From NCBI RefSeq assembly GCF_006345805.1, contig NC_042997.1:131006001-131070000 (forward strand): a stretch of 64,000 nucleotides of DNA. Direction: 5' to 3'. Below, in pieces: positions 41,858-55,745 of the stretch. Below the pieces are notes generated by a model. It had not been told where the DNA came from. It made no database searches and saw nothing but the letters and a program-made list of their open reading frames with translations. Position numbers and translations under genes: made by a program. Numbering within the stretch: position 1 is the stretch's first letter; the number at the start of each line of letters is the position of its first letter. The stretch comes from Octopus sinensis (taxonomy: Eukaryota).

Positions 41858-41915
41858 TAATTGAATGCTCCAATTAAATTACTAATTGAATGCTCCAATT
41901 AAATTACTAATTGAA
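41858..41915. repeat. 25-bp tandem repeat x2.3 (TAATTGAATGCTCCAATTAAATTAC)
   Basis: Exact copies. Confidence 0.9.
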
Positions 41916-44029
41916 AGAAAAAAGTAACATAATCACCAATACTGGAATATATTATAGTATTATCTTTAATGCAACGAAGCCATTTCAGAAATCCTGTTCT
42001 GTCTATTTTCATTTCTAAGGTTTTAGATTCACATTTTTGTTGCAACCATTTAATTTTTTTTTTTTTTTTTTGCTAAGCTTTCACACATTATGCAATTCTA
42101 AGTAGACCAATTTCTCAAAGGAAACTTTCATTTTATCAAATATTTGTTCTTAGAAGTTTGTCAAGTAAAAAAGTAAGACCATTATCATTGCTGTCATCAT
42201 CATCATCGTCACTGTTACTTTTATTAAAACTATTCATATTTCTATGTAACTTTTAGAGGGTTAAACAGATTTATAAAATTATATTTCCAGCTGAATCAGC
42301 CCCAAATAACTTCAACCAGTAACCGTCTGATCAGACTATAATGTATGTTAACAAAGAAACCAGAAAGTACATCAGTCAAAATAGCGTGTATAAAAAGAAA
42401 AAAAGAAAAAGAAAATAGCTTAATAGTCTGAATAAACATCTTACATTCTATTTAACACCGCATGTCAAAAATTGCTATTTTCATCGTTAAGCCATTTACA
42501 AAAATCATAGCCTTTTCTTTATTTTTTAAATTTTGGCTGCAGTTCAACTATGTTTCCTATCTATTAATATTCCAAAATATACCTGCTTCTCATTTTCTTT
42601 TTACATCACATGTTTATACTATGCGAATTGTTGAAACTTGGTCTCATGCAACATTTGATATTGTGAATACTTGGTTACCATGGAACTCTTTTGCTAGTTC
42701 CAGCTTCATATTTACTTTACTCATTCAGTAGATCAGACCTATTGTACTCTTTTGTGACACATGCCTATCTTATCCACTACTCTCACATTCTTCAGACAAG
42801 ATTCTTATATAAAGAAACTATTTCTTTTTAAACTGAGAACCAGAGACATTTTTAATTACTCACAATGTGTAGCCATATGAAATAATCAAATCACAAAATA
42901 TGTTTGACTGCTGTAATTATAAAACGATTTCCAGGGTCTTGTATTTATTTATCATCATCATTTAACATGTCTTCCATGCTGGTATGGGTTGGGTGGTTTG
43001 ACAAAAAAGAAAAAAAAGTGAAGTTGTGATGTTGATACTTTTCTAAGAGTAACAGCATCAAACCGTATTTGGTGGCATAAAAGATGCACCCTAATTGTAG
43101 CAGTGCATATTCAGGAAGACAGTTTTTACTGCATTAAAGCTTATGACAGGCCCAACTTTGCATATAGAACTCAGGGTGATTTTTGAGATTAATTTTTTTT
43201 TTTAATAGAAAAAGTGCACTTTAAATGCCATCAAACACAGAACTAAAATAGTTCTAACTGGGAATTGAAACTATGTTGTGGCTTTGGCTCATTGAGAAAT
43301 TATCACCACACCAAGGGAGGAGGGCTGTAACACTGCATTATTACTGTGTTGTTTACTGGCTTAACTCTGAAAACACTACAATCAGTGATTAATTGTCAAG
43401 AGATTAATTATATCACAGGGATTTTGTTAATAACAATTACCTACAAGGAAATTTCTCAGACATTAGTTCATCCAAATGACTCACAACTACATGACTAGAT
43501 TTGTTTGTCTTGAAATGGTTTTGATTCACTACAGTTGAATACTTCATTTTCCACTTGTTTAACAATCCTTACAACTACCACTGATTAAGGACAGGTAAAC
43601 TGCCAGCATATTAAATTTGTAACCTAGTTACATTTCTCAGTTGAATTCTTTTGTTATTCAAAATTTAATTAAGAAACAAGACAATTCAGAATTAAAAAAT
43701 AAAGTAGAAATCAGAATCCAAGGAAATTAGAGATGGCTCACTTTATACATAATTCCCAAATATTTTTCATAAAAGACTCAACTTCAAACATCAGATCTTG
43801 TTTCTCCACGTGGTACAAACTTACATGAATTTTACAAAAATTAAGTTAATTAAAAAAAAAAAGAACTTCCCCTTGAACTATGTTAAGATATGAGAAATCT
43901 AAATTTATAAGATTTCAACAAAAGATTTTAGAAATGGGAATCATCTACAGATGCACAATACTTGGTAAGAGCTACTATTTAATATGGCACTCTCACAAAC
44001 TCTTGCCCTCAATGATAATTTTCTTAATA

Positions 44030-46110
44030 CCAGCAGATGAAGGCAGTGTCTGATGAGGTAGATTCCAGTAAACTGGGTATCTGACAGTCCACTGCAGCAG
44101 AACACTACCCCTACTGTTGCATTATCTTTGTGTTATGTCACGAGACCAAGATGCTGGAAATGAAGATAGTGTTGATCTGATGATCATAACAGATGAACCC
44201 CTTAAACAATCTATGCAGAGCTGTTTGCCTTGCAAACTAAAGTCAATTGCTGTATCTATAGCAACAATGTAAACTATTTATGTATACATAACTAAAAATC
44301 AAAATATTGAAAAAACATTAATTTCTCAATCATACAGTAGCTTTCTGAAATTATGCTTCAAATATAGGTATACATACAATCAGTTTCTCACTGCCATCAG
44401 TGCTTATGCTCTAACTCTTGTGAATAATAAAAAAAAATTCATGGATGTTTTCTATGGATTGCTACATGTAATTCCACACAGTCTATCACTGGATGACACA
44501 GGTAAATGCAATGTAAGTAGATTTTAACTCCTGAAGTTTTGTTCGGGGTTTGACCTCATAACTATTTTCTCTCAAAACGTTAAACATGGATATATCATGT
44601 TCAAATAATTGACAATTAATTGATTTTGTTGTTACATGGACTTGATATATTAAATGTGCAGCTCACAGGATCAATGTGATCTACTGAAGAGTGCTGAACA
44701 GAGTAACACTAAGAAAAATTATAAAATTCATATACAAATGCTTATCCAGACTTCAACACAATGTTGAAAGGAAGAAATATGTTAAAATGTCTTAAAAATC
44801 TCAATGTTAGCAACAATTACTGTACTTTTTGAAGCAGTCTTTGGGATCTTGACTGAAGAAGAGCATACTTAAACCAGCAGTACTTGATGTTGCAAAAATA
44901 AACCTTGATTCACACAGTAAGCTAAACAGTTCAATGAAAATAGCCACACAATAAAAGCACTAATTGTAGAAAGGAAAAAGAGTAAAACTTGACAAAGGGA
45001 ACAGTACTAACTGTAAAGTCAAATACAGAGTTTGTCATGTCAGAAACACAACAAAGAAAACTTAGAAATACACAGAATTAATGGTGGCTTGACAAAGCCT
45101 CGAGAAATATAAGACTATAGACAAGGACCAATCAAGAGGCTTCTTCAAAGTTTTTAGGCACACAGACATGAAAAAGGTCCCAAATAATTTGCAGATGGAA
45201 ATCTCACTGTAAAAAAAATGCAATACTGGTGAGATGATGAAAGCATTTTGAAAATTTAATTGTCCGTCACATACATCACTTGAATATAATGACAACAGTA
45301 CATCAAAGTATAGAGAAATAGAGAGTTGAGGGACACTGTCCCATAGCAGTAAACTGTTCCTCCACACCTGACAGAACCTTGATGATCTCCAAAATATGAA
45401 ATAACACACTTGGAGGATCAGATAAAATTCTGGTAATGAAATTAAAAAAGAATGAATATAGCGTGTAAATTACTGAAGTATTTCTCTTTTCTCCATAGTT
45501 GGAAAAGTCCTCATAACAACTTTTATAGGTAGGCTGATTTCTGCTTGTAGAACAAATACTTCTAAAGGGCCAATGAGCATTTAGACCTGATCACAGTGTG
45601 GAAGATATCATTGTTTCCTTATGACAAACCCAAGTGTTTAACAAAGCTGTTCTCTTTGAACATTTTCCTGTGATCTTATCAAGGCTTTTGATGCCATATG
45701 GCACTATGATGAAGATTCCTGATTGCTCTGGAGACCCACTTCATTTCTTAGGGCTCTTCATTATGATATGACAAGATAAATAATTTAAGGGAAAACCATT
45801 TTGTCTTTCTATTATTGGTAAGGGTGCTCAACAGGATGCTGTTCTTTCTCTGACTGCGTTAATCTATATCCTGTAGCTATGCTGCAATTAGTACTATAAT
45901 TACCAGCTGTAATTCCCATTTAGTTTCATTATAATGGAAATGCTTTCAACTTTTAGTGGCTAAAAACAGGAAAACTGATGTCTTTACTTCTAAGCTTCAA
46001 TATACTGAAAACATTGTCAGAAAGCAGAGTCCTGAAGACCCCAAGGCTGCTTCAAACATATTTGTGACTGTTTATGAACATTTTGAAGTGTAAGATAAAA
46101 TTTAAAAAAA
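44030..46110 (+). mobile_element. Decayed RTE-clade LINE
   Basis: Remnant peptides WWLDK, FRPDHSVEDII, DLIKAFDAIWH, KGAQQDAVLS and KLQYTENIV correspond to degenerate RT motifs. Confidence 0.65.
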
Positions 46111-49100
46111 TAAAGGTCTTGGCACAATCTCAACAAATAAATTATATATAGTCAAATTCTTGATTCTGAGAGGTAAATGTACAATAAGTAATCGGGATAT
46201 TATTCTAAGATATATATATATATATATATATATATATGGTTGTGTGTTGGTGTGTTTACGACCGATAGAATGAATACTAGGCTTTAAAAAAAAAGTCCTG
46301 TAGTCGTTTTGTTCGACTAAAAGTCTTCAAAGTGGTGCCCCGGCATGGCTGCAGTCATATGGGTAAAACAAGTAAAAAACCTGGAATAGAAACACTTATT
46401 TTCAAATTCAAATCAACCACACTGAACAAGTTGAATGTTTCTTGCTATCTGGGATACATCAAGGATAAAATAAAGATGCAACAGGATCCAATGAAATTTC
46501 AAAATGTATTTGCCTTGCATATGTTGCATTGAGAAAATGTATAAAAGCCTCTTATGTTGAGATGTAATCAAAGCAAGCACCAAGTTGATGGTTTACAAAG
46601 CTGTTGTTCTCATAACCTTCTTGTAAGGATATAGATGTGAAGCCAGGATGCTTTATTGAAAAAACATAAAAATGTTGGAAAACTTCCATCATACAAAGCT
46701 GCAAACCAATTTGTGTATACACTGGCAAAATCATATTACAAATAATGAAATACTTGACTGAGCCAGACTCAGCAGCATTGAGGCTGAAGTGTTACATTGT
46801 CAGCTGCAATCATCATCATAATAATTTAGTATGAACATCCATGCTTGCATGGGTGAAACAGAATTTGTTGAGGCAGATTTTCTACAGCCAGATACCCCTC
46901 TTGTCAGCAACCATCACCTGTTTCTCAGTAAGGTAATATTTCTTCATAGCCAAACATGTTTTTCACTGAAGACAGGAAATGAATAGCATCGACAAAGTAC
47001 ACATAAACATATATGATTGGTTTCTTTCAGTTTTCATTCACTGAATCCACTCACAAGGCTTTGGTTGATTCAGGGCTATAAGTGTACACTTGCCCAAGAC
47101 ACAATGCAGTGGGACTGAAGCAAACTTCTTCACCACACAGCCATGCTTGCAATGGGCACTACATATTGAAAGAATGTCATATTACTCACTGACTGTAAGA
47201 AGAGCTTATGTAAGACTTATAAGATGCATGTCCAGTAGGAGCCGAGGTGAGAATACAAGGATCAACTAAAGTGAACACTGAAAAACTGATGTATCTTTAT
47301 GGAAGGTTGAAACATCTCATCGACGGCTCTGGCTGAGAAAATAACATATTAGACGTGTATAAAGAGGAGGCTGAATGAAACCCAACTCTTAGCAGCACTC
47401 CAATTCTCATGCCCTCACAGGCAAGGTACTAAAAGGTGTAAACTAGATTAATATAGAACAAATAAATTAAATATAGTCAAATTCTTGATTCTGAGAGGTG
47501 AATGTACCATGGGTAACCTGGATATTATTCTAATATATATATATATATATATGGTTGTGTGTTTACGACCGATAGAATGAATACTAGGCTTTAAAAAAAA
47601 GTCCTGTAGTCGTTTTGTTCGACTAAAAGTCTTCAAAGTGGTGCCCAGGTATGGCCGCAGTCATATGGGTAAAACAAGTAAAAAATAACAGATATATATA
47701 TATATATGAAAATAAAGCTGAATAACAATATATATATCTAGACTTACCCGACACATTAACAAAAAAAATTACGCTTCAGTTTCTTTTAAATCAAGCAATT
47801 TTATTTTTTAAGAAAATATCGTATTAAAAATGATCATAATAATAATAATTAGCACTGCATCAATACGTAAAAATATTAGCTCTTCTAAAATACCACATAA
47901 GTTTTATTTAGCAAACAAAAAACGTTTTCAATGCATTGTCAGTTATGTGCGGTTCATTTAAATATAATAAATATAGTAAGTAAATAATCACAATGAAATT
48001 CATTCAGTAAAATATTTGACACCTAACACACCTTTAACTGCATGGGCCTGTGTAGTAAGTTTAAAAAAAGTAGTAATGCAAGTGAATGCAACATCGAAGA
48101 GACGAAGCAATTACAGGTGTGACGAACACCGAGAGGAGAAGGAACACTTGTCAAGTTGTCACAGAATGTTTGATGATAAAACGGAAACAGTTCCTCCCAC
48201 TTCACCCTCAGCCAATTCTATCGAATCGGCCAGCATCTTAACAATAACTTGCATTGCTGCTTTAGTCAAACAATGCAGCTCAAATGGCCCGCAAAATATG
48301 AATTTCTTGACAAAACTCATATCAACAACACACTTAAACAATAATACGACGTGGCAAAGTAGTTAATGGCAAACTCGCCCATAGTAGTTGTAATTTTGTG
48401 CATCAAGTAATATTAATACGATTTACAAGGAAAACAAATTTCAAAATTTAGCACCTGGTCAGCACTGAATAAACAAAATCTATGATCAAAGGTATTTCCA
48501 GCCACGACTATCCCGTCTTTTTTTATATATATATATATATGTTTATCTTTTTTGTTTTGTTTTTTTCAAGCTGGCTCAATGCTATTTGGTCGCTCTTTCT
48601 AGCAAGACGAGTTGCTTTGGAGATTCCCTCGGCTTCGATAATTTCTTATAGTGTTAGATAAATAAATAAATACTATGTTAATTTATTGTCTATGTGGTAC
48701 ATACGCTGTGTGTTGTAGTACATAAGATGTGTATTGTGGTACATACGCAGTGTGTTGTGCTACGTCTGTTAATGCGTTGTTATGGAAAGAAGTGTGTTGA
48801 GATGAAGCAGACCTATGATTAAAGACGTTCCAGCCGTGTCCATCCTGTCTTTTCTATTATTATCAGACGTGCTTGTATCTAGGAGCACCTTCTCTAATGT
48901 GACCTTCCTTTTCCAGGAAAGTAAGATGTGATTTGCGAAATACTCATGTATGTTGCGTATGATGTCAGCAAGTGTGTAGTGATATCAATGGCTGTAGTGT
49001 TCTGTGATGTCAGTGGGAGTGTTGTGTCCCTAGATGTGTATCTGCTGTGACCGTAGGTGTGTGTATATTGTGTTGCCGTGTCCGGGAGTGTGTTGCGCTC

Positions 49101-49799
49101 GCTATATCTTTAGGAGTGTATATGCTGTGTCCATAGATGTACGGTGATTCGTTTTGTCTGTGTTAACTGTGTATCGATTGTCTTGTGATATATTTGTTGT
49201 ACTGTGTTGTGTAGGAAGACGCAAGGAAAACAAATTGCCTCACAAAATGAAATGAATTATTTATTGCACAGATCAGATTCCTTGACGCAATTTCCAAATT
49301 TCCAAACTAAAACCGAATAAATTTCAACGATCGAAGAAAGAAAAAAACGCACAAGAAGACAAGAATAAAAGTTCTAGATCACACCTATATACCACACAAG
49401 GGATAATTAAAGAGGAAGATGAACGGTATTTAGACAGACCACTTAAAATAACAATCACAAATAATGTATAGGCATTCGTGTTTTCTTGGTGGTGTGTTTG
49501 AAAAGTACAGAATCATACGCAAACAGCTTCTGTAGAAGAATGGGATGACAATGTATTTGATAAATTAAGAATAACTACAGAAAAATGGAGACTTGAGCTA
49601 TATATGCCTGAATATAAACAGAAAGTAAAAGGCGATCTGTTCGAGAGATATCCGAAATTGAGGTAGACATAGATTTAAAAGATAGCACGAAATAAAAAGA
49701 TGGACAAACAGAACTTCACTTTCGCTTGCCACCGAACAAAATAGGTAAATATTTTGAGACTAGCGTTATCTACAACATTAAAGCTTTAAATATATTAAG

Positions 49800-49860
<61 letters not shown>

Positions 49861-50041
49861 TTTGTAAGACTCATTGTCTTTAATAAAAACACTAACACTG
49901 AGACCTAGCACTTTTAAGTGTGTACACACACAGAGAAGATGTGTATTGGGGCTACTTGTTCATAAGAGCACTTCTAGTAAAAAACGGTCAGTACTAGACT
50001 TTAGAGTTTGTTTTACTAAAGAAAATACACACACACACGTG

Positions 50042-50074
<33 letters not shown>

Positions 50075-50964
50075 ATATATATATACACACACACACACGT
50101 ATATATATATATATATACAGAGAGAGAGTGAGACATAAAGCAATTCAACAATAATAATCACACTTGCCTCCTCCCCTAAAAAAAACAACAACAAAAAATT
50201 AAGTGGAAAGGCCATTACTATAGGATGATTTCGAAACCCATCTAGTATTAGTAACTTACTGATCTGATTTCAAAACCTACTAAGTACCGAACCTAACCTT
50301 TCATTACATCGGGGGGTCACATAAATGAGGACCAGTATATAAGAGCGGCTATAAAAACTACACTTAATGGCACAAAACTGACCTTGCCACGGGCCAAAGA
50401 AAAACTAAGTCCTAACGTATATTGCATTAAAATAAATAATCAACTGAGAAATCGGCTTTAAACAAAGCACTATGTAATACAGAAATGAAGTACACTATAG
50501 ATTTTCTGTTCATAACCGTTTATAGACTGAAGAATAGCAACGTACAGATTTCAAACCAAAACTACGGGATACCCAATCAATGACTGAGAAAGCGGGTTTT
50601 GTTATATAACCGTTTCCATCCAAAGACACATACATTCTTTTCTGGTACCAGTCCTTGAGCAGTGAGTATGCTTGGGCACCACCTTCAAGGTTACATATAG
50701 TTAAATCCCACTGACCACGGCAGATGTAAACTAGTGTAATTTTAGCGACCTCGGAAGGGTGAAAGACTAAGTTGGCACCCGGGAAGACTTTGAATTCAGA
50801 AAGTAACCGAATACTACAAAGAATTTTGCCCGATGCTAGGCTGGTTTTGTCAGTAATAGAAAGATCGCTACATACACACACATATATAACATATATTATA
50901 GTCTATATATATATATATATATATTATAGTCTATATATATATATATATATTTATTCTTTTCTAC

Positions 50965-51116
50965 TCTAGGTATAATGGCCGAAATTTTTGGGGAGGCGGG
51001 GCAGTCGATTAGATCAACCTCAGTACGCAACTGGTACTTAATTTATCGAACCCGAAAGAATGAAAGGTAAGGTCGACCTCGGCGGAATTTGAACTCGGAA
51101 TGTAAAGACAGACGAT
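50965..51116 (-). mobile_element. SINE family A, partial, variant 3' end
   Basis: GTCGACCTCGGCGGAATTTGAACTC core. Confidence 0.75.
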
Positions 51117-51448
51117 ATATGATAGTCCCTGTCTATCTGTATGTATGTAGAGAGTTGTTGGGCAGACCCATGACCGAACGCATTACAATGTGACTACTCC
51201 GTCTCCTCATAAATAGTTTATCTCGGCCGCATTATTCAGTGTCCTTCAATGTTTTAAATACAGTAAGGTTTGATTTGAAACAAACAGATTAAGCAGATAA
51301 TTCAAGCTATTGAACTATCCTGTACAGGTTCCCCTCACTTGTTATATATATATAGATACACACACACATATATATATATATATATTATATATATATATAA
51401 AACCAGCGAGGGAACCTGTACTTGATCATTCAATTGCTAGAAATATCT

Positions 51449-51506
<58 letters not shown>

Positions 51507-52722
51507 TATATACACACACATATACAAATACACATATATATATAATAGCAATCTGACACATGGACTTCGCAAAGTACATCCTACTTTATCTAATCGAGGC
51601 ACTTATTCACACTATGACTTATTTGAAATTAGTCTACGATCATTGTCTATTTGGTATAAACATCAAGTGTACACATACACACATAGTGGACAATCAGTTA
51701 TCCTCGACAGAAATCTTCCCACCAATGTCCAGTCATCAGATGACCGCATACAATGAGTAATTAGAAATAGAATAAACATTTTGAAAATGAACTATCATTC
51801 TTCAAACTGCGGCTGTGAACAATGATAATTAGTTAATAGAGAAGGGCGCGAAAATACACTAAACTTTCTTCGGTTAGTTGCCCATAATAGCAGCTAGTCA
51901 ATATATTTCGAATGAACGAGAGAGGTAATAGTTTCTAGAAGACGAGGAGGGAGCTTGCAATCCGGTTTCGATTCCCTATAATTCTTCATCATTTATATCA
52001 TTAACCTTATTGTGAAATATATCATTTTTTTGTTGATTCATTGACAAAGATTATTTTCACACGCGTCAACGATGAGGTTTCTACACGGTTGTCCAGCGCG
52101 AAATAATAGCAAAATCTCCTACAAATCACACCAATGTGACCACATCATTAGACAATGTACTCCCTGACATATATAAAAGGTGAGGGAGCTATGTATGGAA
52201 TGGCTTTGATCATCGATCTAAGGGCCGACTAAGAGGAAAGCAACAATTAAATATCAACCAACGAGATGCCAACATGCTAGAAAAAGCAGCCAAATATGTT
52301 CATTTCACAAAAATTCCTGTCTTAACGAAAGGACACATTGGAAAATGTAGTTCTAGATATATTCTGCTTATGAAAATAAATGCGATTGTCACGGCTGGGA
52401 TCGGACCTAATCTAGAGCTGTGGTTCCTTCCTCCATACCAAAGCCATAATATTTTCAACTATTACTAAATACCAGTCTCCGAGGAAAGTTGCAAGAAATA
52501 GCAACGAAATCTCACTCGCATCACACCCTACAGTCATAAAATAAAGAAAGGACAAATGTCTTATACACTGTCTGAAAAAGAATGAAGATGGTCACAGCTG
52601 ACGGCCTTTGATCAGGCTTGACCTAAGCCTAAACAACAATAATTTTTAGTTGTTACCTAGATACCACACTTCATATTATTCTGTCTTGAACAACTGAGAA
52701 CCGAAAATAGATAGATAGGCGT

Positions 52723-52767
<45 letters not shown>

Positions 52768-53399
52768 GTATATATAAATGTGTGTCCATGTATACAAATG
52801 CAAACGCGCACATATTTTCTTTTGTAAATTTATAGGTGTACCAAGTTTTAAACATCTAGTGAAACAATACGAACATGTGCAAATTGAAAATGCGTATATT
52901 GCACACATGCATTTATATGCACAACATAAAAACATATATATATACATGTATATTACTGTATCAAGATTAGGATGCGTGCAAGCATTAGGATTATGTGTAT
53001 GTATGGCATCTACACACGCAATAAGGTTTTTTTTTTTACTGTTGCAATAAATAAATACACACTGAAAGATCACATGGTATATTATTGGGGGGGTTCATTA
53101 AAAAAAAAGGTTTTTGGCGTCATTGACAATATGACTGAAGTTGGTAATTATGATCATAGTCTCTATCCGGGAAATTAAATACATTTATGCAATGTTTTTT
53201 TAAGAACTTCTACGTATGGTGTATATACACATATACACGCATGATATATGTACATCTATCTATCTATCTATCCATCTATCTACACACACACACACACACA
53301 CACACAAAGGATTATGGCTCTGTAGATTAACACAAAGCAGATTTTAAGAAAAGTATGAAAGCATGGAGAAATAAAAGAAATATTTAAAAATGGACATAC

Positions 53400-53715
53400 C
53401 TAGTTCTTTGGCCATAAGTTTGTGTGTATCCAGAAATCCTAACTTGATCGCTTCCATCACTTGATTGTCGTCGTTACTTCTCCAAAAAGATTCATATTTT
53501 ATGATTTCTGCCAAAAGATGGTTCTTGGCAAAATTCGATGCCTCACCTCCGCCATGGCCGTCGAAGATGGCGAAGTAGGCAAACTCTGCTTGGCCCGTGT
53601 TAGGGTTTCTCTCAAAGTGGACAGCGTACGTGTCCTCCATGTGCTTGCGACCGCCTTGGTGTCCCGTCTCGGTGACTCGTAGATTGACACCGATTTTAGC
53701 GCAATTTTTCGCCAT
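53400..53715 (-). CDS. PPM1D: PPM1D coding exon 1 (MAKNCAKIGVNLRVT...GGRKHMED...DGHGG...LMAKEL), ends in phase 1
   Basis: ATG in context agaATGG, with an in-frame upstream stop at 53748-53746. PP2C motifs I and II. Donor G|GTATGT at 53399. Confidence 0.95.
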
Positions 53716-55256
53716 TCTGTTTTTTATAACCCAACTGACATGCAGTCAGTTGTTTCCAAGTTGTCTTTGAACGCCTGCTCTTTTATGTGTCTATTTTCTA
53801 TTATTATTTCAAATTACGTTGTTGTAATTTTTGATGACACTGAACTGAGATATGAGAATAAGAGGTGTTAAATGCTTATACGGATCCGCTGACCATGTTG
53901 TCATGAGTTCGAAACTACACTTCAGTTCTTCCCAACAGTGATGACGAAGTGAAAAAAGGTAGTTGATAAAACTTTTAAAATCTGTGATTTTCACATGTAT
54001 ATTTTGTTTCGTGCAGTCTTGGCTTCAATGTCTTCAATCTGATTTAACAGAAATAAAATTGTTAACATAGGTTTCAGAAATCAGACTGTTTTTGTAGGAG
54101 CACAGGTGATCATGAGATGTGAAGATATTCTAAATTATGTATTTCTATCAGTTATAGAAGCATACACCTTTTAGGGACCACTCGAAAGCCTGTGGGTAAA
54201 CAATCGACTACTCTTTTTTTTTGGTTACAGTACATATATAAGGTGTAAAGAATTTAAGAAGAATCCGATCGGTATATCATAAGTTGTAGATTTGTATCAA
54301 GAAAAATATAAATAGATCTGTTGAAATTCATTGTTTACAAGTATTACGCTGTTTCTAGTCTTTTTACCCGCTTTCTTATCACATTTTCATCTCAATATTT
54401 TGCATCAGCGATGCAATCAGTCTCTCTCTCTCACTCTCTACAAGAGAAATTCCTGGAGACGGTTACATTTGAATATAGTTTTCCCTGAATATCACTTTGT
54501 CAACCGGTCACGGTAATGTCGGGAAGAAAATAACAAAACTCACACTCAGACACGCACGCACAAACACTATTAAGAAAGCTTTCTCTTACATACAGTACAG
54601 TTAATCCTCTCAACTGATCCCAGTGCTTCCCATACAGCCATCGGTATCCTGTAACGAAGCCATTATGTACACAGTATTAATCCTTTTCAGCTCGAAGGTT
54701 AAGTTCTTCCAATATCGGAGTTGGTATACGGGAACAGATAGTTAAAAATTGTGGTAGGTGCAAGGGATGTGTGATGTCGCTTTATACCAGTTGGTATGGA
54801 GCATCAAAGACTTGTGATACGTTATGTGCAAACTGTTATATATATATATTTATATATTTGACGGCACTGATCTTGACAAGCGGTAAGAAATCAGCCGGTG
54901 GAACACATCATGCAGTTTAACAGTTGTCAGGTCACTAGTTAGAGAGCAAAGTCTGTATTAAAGAATATATTTAGAAGCAAGCATGCTGTGAAGTTGTGGC
55001 GACGATAGTGAAAATGGTACAGCTCTTCTTGTGTGTGGCAGCCATCGAGCACTTGTGAAAAACGTATTGCAGTTTCTCACACTCACATACAAACAGAGCG
55101 AGAGAGAACTTCACATACTCACGCTGCAACAGTGAAACTTACGCACGCTCAGATATACACACACACATTGCAACAGTCCAAGCAACGAACACATCCACAG
55201 CCGCACACACTATAACTTTAGCAACACACACTCCAAGCTGAAATAGAAGTCGAGTG

Positions 55257-55289
55257 CTGATTGGCTGTTACCGTCGCTTCTGATTGGTT
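55257..55289 (-). promoter_or_regulatory. Twin CCAAT (NF-Y-type) boxes, probable PPM1D promoter
   Basis: The minus strand reads AACCAATCAG and AGCCAATCAG, 23 bp apart, in CpG-rich unique sequence 1.5 kb upstream of the ATG. Confidence 0.5.
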
Positions 55290-55539
55290 ACAAGCTTCCC
55301 TCTAACCTGTTAAAGCTCTTTCTTGTAAACAACTCGCAATATTGACGAAACATTAAAAATCTATAAGTCTACAACAGTTCTTCAGATCACTGCAGGCATT
55401 TTATTGGTGATTACGGTGAAGATACTGTCATCATTTCACTATTGACGGGGGCGAGAGGACCAGTTATATCTGAAATCATTTGTATACGAAGTTTCGTTAT
55501 CATTAAAAAGCCACAAACGCTTTCTTTAGTTGCTAGTAA

Positions 55540-55560
55540 AATGCATGTATATATACATAC

Positions 55561-55634
<74 letters not shown>

Positions 55635-55680
55635 TATATATATATACACATACATATATACATATATATATCTATATATA

Positions 55681-55745
<65 letters not shown>
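55540..55745. repeat. (TA)n/(TACA)n microsatellite
   Basis: Directly visible. Confidence 0.95.

Noticed and set aside
44050-44056. Other CUGANGA words (44050, 37041, 51733-51739 minus, 27117 minus)
   Set aside because: None has a stem II followed by GAAA and a stem III/UH, so they are not hammerheads.
48016-48366. 116-aa plus-strand ORF and its minus-strand partners
   Set aside because: No recognisable domain or clear splice signals, and the length is at background level. May be regulatory DNA.
52096-52103. Second E2F-like word GCGCGAAA, and one at 61813
   Set aside because: Both fall inside decayed dispersed repeats.
54970-55000. Possible p53 response element (AAGCAAGCATGCTG), and single half-sites near 52270
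   Set aside because: Only overlapping or isolated imperfect half-sites. I saw no tandem RRRCWWGYYY pair, but the scan was not exhaustive.
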